NCBI GenBank assembly: GCA_964562015.1
Contig: CAZLRH010000009.1
Location: 83,557 to 147,556, forward strand
Direction: 5' to 3'
DNA from: an uncultured Opitutales bacterium
Lineage (GTDB): Bacteria > Verrucomicrobiota > Verrucomicrobiia > Opitutales > JABDGR01
DNA length: 64,000 bases
The notes under the pieces were generated by a model. The model searched no databases. It was not told the origin of the DNA and saw only the letters and a program-made list of their open reading frames with translations. Within the stretch, counting starts at the first letter, position 1; each line of letters begins with the position of its first letter. Shown here piece by piece: positions 26,011-35,841 of the stretch. A program made the position numbers and the translations under genes.

Positions 26011-28401
26011 TCAATAAACGACAATCACTTCATGATCAACCACCGTGGCCACCGTGAAGCGCACCCAATTGTCCGCGACCGTCAAATTCGTCACTTTCGG
26101 GCCCACGAGTGCATCGGCGACGGGATGCAAAATGTCCGGCGGCAGTTTAATACCGACATCGAGCGGGCCGACGGGGATGAACTCTTCCGCCGGGGCGCGC
26201 CAGGTCGAGGCATTGGTCAGGTTGACGAGGTGCAGAATCAGGCGCGGCGGTTTCCGGTCTTTGGTAATGGGATCAAGGTGCGTTGCCTGGTAATAAAGTT
26301 GGCAGTCGATAAAGCCGGGCCCGGAGACGGCCAGCGGTATGCAAACCTGGGCATTATCGTCATTGGCGGCCCAACGCGCGATGTTGGCGAGGAGGTCGCC
26401 GTGGTCCGGGATGTTGTCCCGCGCATACCGGCGGTCCAAATCGGCCAGCAGGTAGGCGACCCGCGCCGTGCCGAACGAATGCAGCACCAGGGCCGTGGCA
26501 TCGGATTTCGTGACTTCCATGTAGGCCTCCTCCGTGGGCGTCGTTTGGAACGGCGGCACGAAGGTCACGGTATCCAATTCGTCGGGCTCGACATGGGCGG
26601 GCACCAGCGTGCCGCCGTACGGAATAAGATTCGTCGCCTCGAAGCCGGCCAGCACCGGATGCCGTTTGACGGTGGAGTCGGAGCTTCCGTCAGTCTTGGG
26701 ACCGTCGATGTCCGGGCTCATTTCCGGCGTGAGGCGCAAATAAGACTGCACGTTTTCTCCGGCGGCCTGCACCCGCGCGGCCTCCTGGCGCACCCGCGCA
26801 CCATCGGGAATTTGCGAACGGAAGAGGTCCGACAGCGCAAAGTCCGGCAGCGCGTCGCCATTTTCATCAAACAAACTCGTGAGTCCGGTGGCGAAAACGC
26901 ACCCGCCATTTTTGACCCAGGCTTGCACTTGTTTGACCTGGGGGTCCGTCATCACGCCGAGGTTGGGAAAAATCAAAAGCTGCAGCGGGCCGGGCTTGGC
27001 GGGCAGGTCGTCGGCATGGATCATCACGTACGGAATCCGCGCCCGTAACAAAGCCTGCGTGATGCCGCGCTGCGGCAGGTTGACCATCAATTCCGCGTGG
27101 TCGCGCCCGAAATAGTCGTTGTTGCGCTGGGACCACACCACGCCGACGGTCGCCATGGGGACGCGGTTGTAAAGGAAGTCCTCCTGGGTTTCATGCCACT
27201 TGAACAGGGACACGGGAGTGGGGTACATGCGCCGGTCTTCACCATAAGCGCCCACATAGTGCCAGCTGGGCTGGATGCCGCCGGCATAGCCATCGAGGGT
27301 CCACAGGCGTACCTCCGACTCGGGCTTGGTGACGCCCCGGAACACCGGATCCGCCAAGTCGTACATGGCCTGGCTTTCAGCGACGGGTTTTTGCCAGCCC
27401 AGCATCTGATGGTAAAGCTTGCCGGCCTCGCCATTGGCCTGCACGCCGGTGCGGTCGGTGCGGCGCTGGTAGTCGAGGTAGATGATTTCCGAGCGGTGGC
27501 AGATTTCCCGGACATCGCGGAAATTCGCCGCCTGGACTTCGACCGTGCCGTCATTCATGCCGAGCCAGAGGCAGTCTTTGCCGCCCGCGCTGCGGGTAAG
27601 GTTGTTGTTGGCGTCCCACAAGGTGAGGCGCAGCCCGTAATTCCAGTCGAGCCAGGTGCGGTAGGTGGGATCCTCCCAGTCCTTTTTCGGGGGCAAATCC
27701 AGTTTGTACTTCTTGAAAAAGGCCGTGACACAGTTCTGGCAGTAGCAGATGAGGTCGCGCGGCAGGCCGCTCCAACTGGTGTCCACGAAACCATCGGGGC
27801 GATAGACCTTGAGCACCATGCGGATCATATTTCCGATCCAGACCGAATAGTACGGACTGTTAACACAAGGAATATAAAGGCCGCGCCCCAGATAATGCTG
27901 CCCCTTGGCGTCCACGGTAAACCAGTCCGGGTTGGCGTCGAAGGCCATTTGCTTCGCACCGCTGGAGTCCATCCGCGCCAGCACAATCAAATGCTCCTCG
28001 CGGGCGGCCTTGGTCAGCGCGCCGAACAAGTCGAAATTATTCAGGTATTTTGCCTGCTCGTACGGCGGGAGCACCGGGAAGAACTCCACGATGCCGCCGG
28101 CGTCGATCACCACGGCCTGGATCTTCGTGCGCCGCCACTCCTCGCGCCACCAAGCGATGTCATAATGGGCCGGGTCCCTTTCGGTGATGCTCGTGTGGCC
28201 CCAGCGGCGCGCCCACTTGTACCACGGGTCCGTGTGCACGATGCCCGCGGCGTCGGTAAAGGTCGGCGTGGCCTGGGCCGTGGCGGCGGCCAGCGGGCCC
28301 AGCCGCGCCCCAGCCAGCGCAGCCGAGGTGAGCACGGTTTTTTTCAAAAAGCTCCGGCGGGTTTCGAGGCCCGGCGCCGGCGTGGGGTCATCGGCATGCA
28401 T
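26011..28401 (-). CDS. Tat-exported putative glycoside hydrolase (GHL6-like TIM barrel plus beta-galactosidase trimerisation-like domain)
   Basis: Twin-arginine signal TRRSFLK; QAVVIDAGGIV, DLFGALTKAAR, PCVNSPYY, PDGFVD, CYCQNC; C-terminal LLIFPNLGVMTD..GG. Start ATG 28401. Confidence 0.7.
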   Translation of the reverse strand: MHADDPTPAPGLETRRSFLKKTVLTSAALAGARLGPLAAATAQATPTFTDAAGIVHTDPWYKWARRWGHTSITERDPAHYDIAWWREEWRRTKIQAVVIDAGGIVEFFPVLPPYEQAKYLNNFDLFGALTKAAREEHLIVLARMDSSGAKQMAFDANPDWFTVDAKGQHYLGRGLYIPCVNSPYYSVWIGNMIRMVLKVYRPDGFVDTSWSGLPRDLICYCQNCVTAFFKKYKLDLPPKKDWEDPTYRTWLDWNYGLRLTLWDANNNLTRSAGGKDCLWLGMNDGTVEVQAANFRDVREICHRSEIIYLDYQRRTDRTGVQANGEAGKLYHQMLGWQKPVAESQAMYDLADPVFRGVTKPESEVRLWTLDGYAGGIQPSWHYVGAYGEDRRMYPTPVSLFKWHETQEDFLYNRVPMATVGVVWSQRNNDYFGRDHAELMVNLPQRGITQALLRARIPYVMIHADDLPAKPGPLQLLIFPNLGVMTDPQVKQVQAWVKNGGCVFATGLTSLFDENGDALPDFALSDLFRSQIPDGARVRQEAARVQAAGENVQSYLRLTPEMSPDIDGPKTDGSSDSTVKRHPVLAGFEATNLIPYGGTLVPAHVEPDELDTVTFVPPFQTTPTEEAYMEVTKSDATALVLHSFGTARVAYLLADLDRRYARDNIPDHGDLLANIARWAANDDNAQVCIPLAVSGPGFIDCQLYYQATHLDPITKDRKPPRLILHLVNLTNASTWRAPAEEFIPVGPLDVGIKLPPDILHPVADALVGPKVTNLTVADNWVRFTVATVVDHEVIVVY

Positions 28402-28522
28402 GGGGTGAGGCGGCAACCACGGATAATTATTGCCAAGGGGGCCGTTAGTTAAAGCAAATTCGCGGGTGTGATTTCCGGCTTTTCCTTTCGGGCGGCACCT
28501 GCCAGTCTTGCCGGTTTCACCG

Positions 28523-29896
28523 ATGTCCACGCCCACCGTCCGCGTCCGTTTTGCCCCGAGCCCCACCGGGTATTTCCACATTGGCAGCGCCCGCACCGCG
28601 CTGTTCAACTGGCTGTACGCGCGCCACACCGGTGGCACCTTTGTGCTGCGCATCGAGGACACCGACAAGGAGCGCAACACCCCCGAGGCCTTGCGCGTCC
28701 TGCTCGAGGGCATGCGCTGGCTGGGCTTGGAATGGGACGAGGGCCCGGAAAAGGGCGGCGACTGCGGGCCTTATTTCCAGAGCCAGCGCGGTGTTCTTTA
28801 CCAAAAATACCGCGACCAGCTTTTCGCCGCGGGCCGGGCCTACGAAAAGGACGGCGCGGTTTATTTCAAGCTCCTCGGCGAGCGTTACCAGGCCTGGGAC
28901 GACCACAAGCAAAAGCACGTCGAAAAGGTCAAATCGCCGCCGCCGGTGATTGAGGACGCCGTGCGCGGACGCGTCGAGCGCGAGCTGGACGAGGATTTCG
29001 TCATCTTTCGCGCCAATGGCGATCCCGTGTTCCACTTTGTGAATGTAGTGGACGACATCGCCATGCGCATCACGCACGTCATCCGCGGCGAGGACCATTT
29101 GTCCAACACGCCCCGGCACGTCGCCCTCTTCCAGGCTTTCGGCGCGCCGCTGCCGCAGTACGCCCACATCCCGCTCATTCTCAAAACCCATGGCGCGGGC
29201 AAAATGAGCAAACGCGACCAGGGCGCCCTCATCGAGGAGTATCAGAAAAAGCATTATCTGCCCGAGGCCGTGCGCAACTACCTGTGCCTGCTCGGCTGGT
29301 CGCCCAAGGACGACCGCGAGATTCTGCCCATCGATGAAATCATCCGGCTCTTCGATTTGCCCGCCATCAACCAGAACAACGCGCGCTTCGACGAAAAGAA
29401 AATGGCGCACATCAACACCCATTATGTCCGCGCCCTGCCCGCCGGCAACCTGGGCTGGCTGGGCCGGCCCATCCTCGCCGAAGCCGGCCTGGTGAAGGAC
29501 GAAACGCCGGAGGATTACGTGCAGGCCGTGCTCTTGCTCTGCCAGGAAAAAATCCGCGCCCTCGACGAGCTGCCGCATTTTTCCGCCTACTTCTTCCGCG
29601 ACGAATTTCCCATCGACGAGGCCGCCAAGGCCAAATTACTGAAGACCGGCGACCCGCTGGCGCGCCTGCGTGAACTGCGCGCCGCCCTCGTGGCGCAGGC
29701 CGATTGGTCCGACGCCGCGCTCGAAAAGCGCGTGCAGGAACTCGCGGCCGAGCACAACGTCAAGACCGCCGATTACATTCACAGCGCGCGGCTCGCAGTC
29801 TCCGGCGTCAGCGTCGGCCCGAGTTTTTACGGGATGCTGCGCGTGCTCGGAAAAGAGAAAATCCTCGCGCGGCTCGACCGGTTTTTACAGAGTTGA
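28523..29896 (+). CDS. gltX: Glutamate--tRNA ligase
   Basis: [15 protein letters not shown] (HIGH), [30 protein letters not shown] (KMSKS). Confidence 0.96.
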   Translation: MSTPTVRVRFAPSPTGYFHIGSARTALFNWLYARHTGGTFVLRIEDTDKERNTPEALRVLLEGMRWLGLEWDEGPEKGGDCGPYFQSQRGVLYQKYRDQLFAAGRAYEKDGAVYFKLLGERYQAWDDHKQKHVEKVKSPPPVIEDAVRGRVERELDEDFVIFRANGDPVFHFVNVVDDIAMRITHVIRGEDHLSNTPRHVALFQAFGAPLPQYAHIPLILKTHGAGKMSKRDQGALIEEYQKKHYLPEAVRNYLCLLGWSPKDDREILPIDEIIRLFDLPAINQNNARFDEKKMAHINTHYVRALPAGNLGWLGRPILAEAGLVKDETPEDYVQAVLLLCQEKIRALDELPHFSAYFFRDEFPIDEAAKAKLLKTGDPLARLRELRAALVAQADWSDAALEKRVQELAAEHNVKTADYIHSARLAVSGVSVGPSFYGMLRVLGKEKILARLDRFLQS

Positions 29897-29968
29897 ACCG
29901 CTGAGAACGCAGAGTGCGCTGAGAGCGATCTTTAGCGCACTTCTTTTCTCGGTGTGCTCTGTGGTTCA
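29894..29968. repeat. Inverted element with ~9-nt periodic (CAGAG/CTGAG) arms between convergent gltX and hpnDE
   Basis: Begins TGAACCGCTGAGAACGCAGAG (including the gltX TGA stop) and ends CTCGGTGTGCTCTGTGGTTCA. Confidence 0.6.
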
Positions 29969-29973
29969 AATTC

Positions 29974-32160
29974 TTACGCCAGATCAATGGTGCGGGCCGC
30001 AGCCTCGCCGCTGAGGGCCGCGCCTTCGAGCGTCGCGGGCAGGCCGGTGTCCGTCCAGTCGCCGGCCAGGAAAAAATTCTTCCACGGCGTACGCGGGCCG
30101 GGGCGGAAGCCTTCGGCGGCGGGCGTGGCGGCGAAGGTCGCGTCCTTCGTCTTGATGACCAATTCGCGGCTGAATTTGGCCTCGCTGACCGCCGGGAAGA
30201 AACGCGCGAGCTCAGTGCGCAGCGCGGCCAAAATCTCGTCGCTCTTGCGATTGAGCCAGGTCTCGCCCGCGGCGCTCATTGTGACTGCGTAGAGAAATTC
30301 CTTGCCCTGTCTCTCGGTCGGCAAATGGTCCGAACGGTCGAAGACCCAATGGAAGGGTGAATCGAGCAGGCCCGCGAAGGGCACGTCGAACAAGGGCCGG
30401 TCGCACAGCAAATGGATATTCAAAATCCCCGCCGGCTTGAGTTCCTGAAGTTGCGTGCGCAAGGGCGCGTCTTCCGGCAGTACCGCCCGCAGCGCCATCC
30501 ACGGCAGCGCGGAAATAAAATAATCCGCCGCGATGGTTTCGCCGCGTGAGGTTTCGGCCGACACCACTTTGCCGCCGGCAAAATTTAATTGGGAAAGTTG
30601 CGTGCCGTAATGCAAAGAACCTCCCGTGGCCGCCAGGAACCGCTCCGCCTCGGGCCGGAACAAGTCGCTCAACCCGACGCGGGAAAAGAAAATCGCCGAG
30701 TCTCCACGTTTCCCAAAAAGCGAGCGCCGCAAGGTTTCGTGCAGCAAGCGCGCGCTCGCGGTGGCGAGCGGTTCGTTCAACGCCGCGATGCAAAACGGTT
30801 CCCAGAGCGCGCGGATCGCCCCGGGTGTCTGGCCGTTTTCCTCCAGCCACGCCGCGGCGGTCTGATTCGCATTCGGCCGCCAGCCCCAGCGCATGAACAG
30901 GCCCAGTTTCAAAATGGCGGTGCGGTCTTCGACGTTGAGCGCGCCAAACCCGAGCAGCGCGGTCAGCAAGTGCAAGGGCGCAGGGAGTTCACCAGCTTGC
31001 ATGCGCGACCGTTTCCCGCCGGGCTCAACATAGTCGACCGCCAACCCCGCCGCTTCGGCGAGACGGTCGCGCGTGCCTAATCGATCCAACAGGCGCAGAA
31101 ATCCGTGGTAGCAACCCATGACGATATGCTGGCCATTATCCAACGTCAGTCCGCTAGGGGCGTCGCGCAAACTCGAGGCGCGGCCCCCCGGAAAAGTTTT
31201 CGCCTCGTAAACATCGACGGCAAAGCCCTGCTCGGCCAGTTGCATTGCCGCCGTGAGGCCCGCGACCCCCGCGCCAAAAACCGCCACGCGGCCCGGCTGC
31301 GCCAGTCGTTGGCCCGTCCGCCGCCGCGCGCCCAGCGTGCGGGCGACCAGTTGAAATTTCCTGAATTTGCTCAAACGGACGCGTTGTTCCGTAAGCTGAA
31401 AATTTCCCGCCGCGATTTTTTCCAAAATATCCTCATAAAAGGCGGCCATGATCAACGCTGCCTGCAAGCGTGGCCGGTCCGCTTCGGGCAGCAAACGGCG
31501 GGCCTTGTGGAAATAATGTTTCGCGCGGAAATACTGGAGGCGAAACAGCCGCGCGCACGCCGGCTGCGCATTCGGTTCTTCAAGGTCGCTCGCGGACACC
31601 CCGCAGGCGGTCATTTCGTCCTGCGGCAGGTAGATGCGCCCGTACAGGCGCTTGTCCTCCACCACGTCGCGCAAAATATTGGTCAACTGCAAGGCATAGC
31701 CGAGGTTTTCCGCAAATTCCGGGCAACGCGCATCACGGCAGCCGAAAATCTTGATGGACACCAGCCCCACTGCGGAGGCGACACCGTAGCAGTACTGGCG
31801 CAATTCCTCAAAATTCGCGTAGGTACGCGGCGCGATGTCGTGCGCCACCCCGGCCACGATTTCATGCAAATCTTTCACCACGACGCCAAAACGTGCCACG
31901 ACGGGCGCCAATTCCCGCGCCAGCGGCTGCGCGGGTGTCCGCCCATTCGCGATGGCGTCGAGGTCCGTCCGCCACGCATTGAGCGCGGCCGTTTTGGCGG
32001 CGGCCGGCGTGGCCGGGTCGTCCGAAATATCGTCCACCTGCCGGCAAAAGTCATAAAAAACCGACATGGCCGCGCGTTCCTCCGGTTGCAACGAGAGGAA
32101 GGAAAAGGCGAGGTTGGACTGGCGTCGCGCCTCGACGGCGGTGGACGGCACGGAAGACAT
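29974..32160 (-). CDS. hpnD-hpnE: Fused presqualene diphosphate synthase (HpnD) and hydroxysqualene dehydroxylase (HpnE)
   Basis: N-half: SNLAFSF..YDFCRQVDDISDD, YCYGVASAVG, LQLTNILRDV.ED..GRIYLP. C-half: VAVFGAGVAGLTAA (FAD), GGRASS, LDNGQHIVMGCY, FLAGDWTDTGLPATLEGAALSG. One uninterrupted 728-aa ORF. Confidence 0.88.
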   Translation of the reverse strand: MSSVPSTAVEARRQSNLAFSFLSLQPEERAAMSVFYDFCRQVDDISDDPATPAAAKTAALNAWRTDLDAIANGRTPAQPLARELAPVVARFGVVVKDLHEIVAGVAHDIAPRTYANFEELRQYCYGVASAVGLVSIKIFGCRDARCPEFAENLGYALQLTNILRDVVEDKRLYGRIYLPQDEMTACGVSASDLEEPNAQPACARLFRLQYFRAKHYFHKARRLLPEADRPRLQAALIMAAFYEDILEKIAAGNFQLTEQRVRLSKFRKFQLVARTLGARRRTGQRLAQPGRVAVFGAGVAGLTAAMQLAEQGFAVDVYEAKTFPGGRASSLRDAPSGLTLDNGQHIVMGCYHGFLRLLDRLGTRDRLAEAAGLAVDYVEPGGKRSRMQAGELPAPLHLLTALLGFGALNVEDRTAILKLGLFMRWGWRPNANQTAAAWLEENGQTPGAIRALWEPFCIAALNEPLATASARLLHETLRRSLFGKRGDSAIFFSRVGLSDLFRPEAERFLAATGGSLHYGTQLSQLNFAGGKVVSAETSRGETIAADYFISALPWMALRAVLPEDAPLRTQLQELKPAGILNIHLLCDRPLFDVPFAGLLDSPFHWVFDRSDHLPTERQGKEFLYAVTMSAAGETWLNRKSDEILAALRTELARFFPAVSEAKFSRELVIKTKDATFAATPAAEGFRPGPRTPWKNFFLAGDWTDTGLPATLEGAALSGEAAARTIDLA

Positions 32161-32217
32161 GAACGTGAAGAAAGGTGAAAAGTGTAAAGTAAAAGAGGGA
32201 AAAGAAAAGGGCTGAAG
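32161..32217. repeat. Purine-rich degenerate ~7-nt array directly 5' of the hpnD-hpnE start codon
   Basis: GAACGT GAAGAAAGGT GAAAAGT GTAAAGT AAAAGAG GGAAAAG AAAAGGG; more degenerate than the other arrays. Confidence 0.45.
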
Positions 32218-32232
32218 CGGAACCCGCCCTTG

Positions 32233-33105
32233 CTACCGGCTAATCAACGCTTTGAGCAGGATGCGCACTTTGTCGCCCTTGCCGACCTTGGGCCGCGCGC
32301 GCAACGTATCACAATCTTGGGCAATGACTTTGTCGAGAATGGCACTGCCGCCCAGCCACGTCACGCGGATTTCCAGGCTCAACGGAAAGGGCAGGGAGCG
32401 CGGCAGGGGCCGGCCTTGGGCAAACAGCCCGCGTGTGCGCTCGACCTGAAACCGCAGGCACGCCTTAAATCCCGCCGAGGCCGCGGGCGCCGCGAAGTCG
32501 GCCTCCGTCACCCCAAACCGCGACCAGTCCTCCTGGGGCACATACACGCGTTGGTCCTTGCGCCAGTCCACCGCCACATCCTGCCAGAAATTGGCCAGTT
32601 GCAACGCCGTGCAAATCGCATCCGATTGCGCAAAGCGTTCCTCATCACGAAAGCCGTGGAGCAAAAGCACCAGCCGGCCCACGGGATTCGCACTGCGCCG
32701 GCAATAATCGAGCACGCTCGCAAAGGTCGCATAGCGTTTCACCGTCACGTCCTGGCTGAAGGCGGACACCAGGTCGGTGAACAGCGAAAGAGGTAATTGG
32801 TGCTCATAGCGGGTGTCGGCTAGTGCGGTAAAGATCCAGTCCCATTCCACCGGCACCGGTTGACTACGGTCGCTGGCGAGCAAGGCATTTTCGAACGCGC
32901 GCAACTGGTCCAGACGCTCCTGCGGCTGGCGGCGGTTCGGGCCTTCATAATCCTCGTCCGCCATGTCATCCGCCGTCCGGGCGAAGGCATAAACTGCCGC
33001 GACTGCCGGTTGCAGGCGCCGGGGCACGAGCCGGGCCACCGGAAAGTTTTCATAGTGGTCCCGGGTCAGTTGCAGGCAGCGGGCATAGGCCTCGTCGAGT
33101 TGCAT
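32233..33105 (-). CDS. hpnC: Hydroxysqualene synthase HpnC
   Basis: HYENFPVA, VYAFARTADDMADE, YCRRSANPVGRLVL, SDAICTALQLANFWQDV, ELRxTWLGG-like C-terminus. Confidence 0.92.
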   Translation of the reverse strand: MQLDEAYARCLQLTRDHYENFPVARLVPRRLQPAVAAVYAFARTADDMADEDYEGPNRRQPQERLDQLRAFENALLASDRSQPVPVEWDWIFTALADTRYEHQLPLSLFTDLVSAFSQDVTVKRYATFASVLDYCRRSANPVGRLVLLLHGFRDEERFAQSDAICTALQLANFWQDVAVDWRKDQRVYVPQEDWSRFGVTEADFAAPAASAGFKACLRFQVERTRGLFAQGRPLPRSLPFPLSLEIRVTWLGGSAILDKVIAQDCDTLRARPKVGKGDKVRILLKALISR

Positions 33106-33288
33106 GGGTGGCGGCGGGGGTCGTTTGTAGAGAGGCGCGGGCGCGGTGACGAGTAATGAATGCAGTTCGCGGCGGACGGGTTAACGGCATGGGGGAAAAC
33201 CCGTATTTGGCCTGCTGACCGTGCATTTAACCTTGTCCGTGGCCCAGGTTACGAGTAGGCAACAGGGTTTACCCATCGGGAGTCAACC

Positions 33289-34635
33289 GTGCCCATTTTC
33301 TTTTCTCAACGGAATGCCGCCAAGCTGGGGTTGGTGGCGCTGGTTTTGGCCTGGCCGATGACCCTCTGGGGCCCGGCAAATCCAAACCCGAACTTCCAGC
33401 AGGGCCCCACCAATCCGTTCATTTTTGACGGGGCCAAGGCCGACGGTCGTCTGGTGCCGGAAGGTGGCGTCGTTCATATCGCCGCCCCCGCCGGAATGCA
33501 GGGTCCGGCCATTGTCGCCAAGTTGCTGGTCAAGACCGACGATTGGGTCGAGGCTGGCCAGCTTTTGGCGGTGCTGAATACCCAGCCTTTATTGGAGGCG
33601 CAGTACAACGTGGCCTTGGGCGAGCAAGCCGCCGCCACCTCCGCCCTCGTCCAGACCAAGGCCGCTGAAACCCGGGTCAATGCCGAGATGCAAATGCAGT
33701 TGGCGGATTTTGAGGCCCGCGCGGCGCTTGCCGATGCCAACGCCCACAAGGCCGCCGAAAGCAGCCGCCTTGCCCTCGAATCCGCCCAACGCGACCAAGC
33801 CGCCGCGCAAACTGCCCTCGCGGCCGGTCAGCGCTTGGAGCCGGTGGTCATTGCCAATGCCACCGCCGCCATCGGGGTCGTGCAAGTGCAGGTCGACATC
33901 ATTCCCAAAGGCCGGGATGAACATAAAGTGGCAGCAGCCCAACTCGAGCAAGCCAAGGCCGGCGCCGACCGTGCCAAACTGGAAATGGCCGGGCAGATCG
34001 AGCAATTGCAGGCGCAGGCGGATTTGGCTGCTCTGCGCTTGAAACAGGCCCAGGCTAATTTGATTTTGGAACCTGCGCCCAGCGATGCCTCCCTGCTTGC
34101 GCCCGTGCAAATCGAGGCCCGCTCAGCCAAGGCCGCCTTTGATTTGGAGCATATTTTAGTGGATGCCGCCAAAGCCGAGCAGGCCGCCAATGTCGCGGGC
34201 GCCCAAGGTCGTCTGGCCGCGGCGGACACCGCCGTCGCCCTGGCCAAGGCCCAATTGGCGCTGGCGGAAATTCACGCGCCGTCGGCTGGGCGCGTCCTCG
34301 TCGTGCGCGCCAAGCCGGGTGAGGCCGTGGGTCCCGCCGGCATTTTGGATTTGGGCGACACGCGGACGATGTACGTGGATGCGGAAGTGCCTTACAGCGA
34401 TATCCGGGGCGTGCGCATCGGCCAGCCCGCGCTGGTCTCGGGTGACGCCTTTCCCGAAAACCTCAAGGGCAAGGTCGTGGCCGTCAACGCCATCATTGGC
34501 AACAGCACCATCACGAGCACCGACGTGCTGAAATTTTCCACCGATGCCGTGGTCCTGGTCCGGGTGATGCTCGACAATCCCAGCCAGGTTTCCAATCTCG
34601 TCAACGGCCAGGTCACGGTGCAAATTAATCCATGA
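33289..34635 (+). CDS. DevB-type membrane fusion (periplasmic adaptor) protein
   Basis: GRLVPEGGVVHIAAP, VAKLLVKTDDWVEAGQLLAVL, long coiled coil, IHAPSAGRVL, AEVPYSDI..VRIGQ. Confidence 0.82.
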   Translation: MPIFFSQRNAAKLGLVALVLAWPMTLWGPANPNPNFQQGPTNPFIFDGAKADGRLVPEGGVVHIAAPAGMQGPAIVAKLLVKTDDWVEAGQLLAVLNTQPLLEAQYNVALGEQAAATSALVQTKAAETRVNAEMQMQLADFEARAALADANAHKAAESSRLALESAQRDQAAAQTALAAGQRLEPVVIANATAAIGVVQVQVDIIPKGRDEHKVAAAQLEQAKAGADRAKLEMAGQIEQLQAQADLAALRLKQAQANLILEPAPSDASLLAPVQIEARSAKAAFDLEHILVDAAKAEQAANVAGAQGRLAAADTAVALAKAQLALAEIHAPSAGRVLVVRAKPGEAVGPAGILDLGDTRTMYVDAEVPYSDIRGVRIGQPALVSGDAFPENLKGKVVAVNAIIGNSTITSTDVLKFSTDAVVLVRVMLDNPSQVSNLVNGQVTVQINP

Positions 34636-35837
34636 TGCGGGCGGCGCGGCGTGTCGGAGTCCTGTTGCGCGAACGGTTTTTTCCGCTCGGCATTCCCCTC
34701 GCATGGCGGCAACTGGTGGCCGAAAAAAAACGTTTCGCCGCCGCGGTGGCCGGCATCACTTTTGCCGTGACCATGATGCTGTACCAGATGGGCCTCGAGT
34801 CCGCGTTGTTTGACCAGGTGGTCGCGCCCCTGCTGCAAATGAACGGCGATATTGTGCTCATCAGCCCCCAGTACGAATATTTCGGCATCAGCCGCGAATT
34901 CCCGCAGACGCGCCTCACCCAGGCCTCCTCCCTGCCCGAGGTGTTCGACACCGCGGCGTTGTTGCAGGGCACGCTGCCGTTTAAAAATCCGCAAACGGGC
35001 CGTGACCGCGACATCTTCGTCATGGCGTTCAACCCGTCCGATTATCCGTTTACCAATCCGGACATCGTGAACCACCAGGCGCTGTTGAAGCGGGACCGCA
35101 TGGTGTTGTTCGACACCCTGTCCCGCGCCGATTACGGACCTATTGGCGAACTCTTTGCGCAAAAAGGCGAAGTCACCACGGAGATCGCGGGCAAGAGCGC
35201 GAAGGTCGTTGGCGTCTTCGAAATGGGCCCGACGTTCGCCGCCGACGGCAACCTGCTCATGGGGCGCGACGCCTTTCTTGCCCTCTGGCCGAGCGCTCGC
35301 GAAAATCAGATCAGCATCGGCTTGTTGCAACTAAAGCCCGGCGCCGACCCCAACGCCGTCGCGCAGAAATTGCGCACCAAGCTCACCGCCGGCGACGTGG
35401 ACGTGTACACGCGCGACGAATTCATCCAGAAGGAAAAAACATACTGGTCCCAGCGCACACCCATCGGCTTCGTCATCGGCGCATCGCTGCTGGTCTCGCT
35501 GATTGTCGGCGCCGTCATCGTTTACCAGATTTTGTACACCGACGTGACGGACCACCTGCACGAGTACGCCACGCTGAAATCCATCGGCTTCACCGACGGC
35601 TTTTTCGTCAAGCTCGTGCTCCAGGAATCGCTCATCCTTTCCATCCTCGGCTTCGTGCCGGGCACCGGCCTCGCGGCCCTGCTGTATTGGCTGACGCAGA
35701 CGCTCGGCCACATGCCGACGAAGCTCTATGCCATCAATGTGCTGGGCGTTTTCGGCCTCTCCTTGATGATGTGCCTGCTGGCCGGCGGCCTGGCCACCCG
35801 CAAGCTCCGCCAGGCGAACCCCGCCGATATTTTTTAA
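34632..35837 (+). CDS. DevC-type ABC exporter permease (FtsX-like)
   Basis: PLAWRQL..KKRFAAAVAGITFAVTMMLYQMG, VIVYQILYTDVTDHLHEYATLKSIG, RKLRQANPADIF. Confidence 0.9.
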   Translation: MMRAARRVGVLLRERFFPLGIPLAWRQLVAEKKRFAAAVAGITFAVTMMLYQMGLESALFDQVVAPLLQMNGDIVLISPQYEYFGISREFPQTRLTQASSLPEVFDTAALLQGTLPFKNPQTGRDRDIFVMAFNPSDYPFTNPDIVNHQALLKRDRMVLFDTLSRADYGPIGELFAQKGEVTTEIAGKSAKVVGVFEMGPTFAADGNLLMGRDAFLALWPSARENQISIGLLQLKPGADPNAVAQKLRTKLTAGDVDVYTRDEFIQKEKTYWSQRTPIGFVIGASLLVSLIVGAVIVYQILYTDVTDHLHEYATLKSIGFTDGFFVKLVLQESLILSILGFVPGTGLAALLYWLTQTLGHMPTKLYAINVLGVFGLSLMMCLLAGGLATRKLRQANPADIF

Positions 35838-35841
35838 TCCC

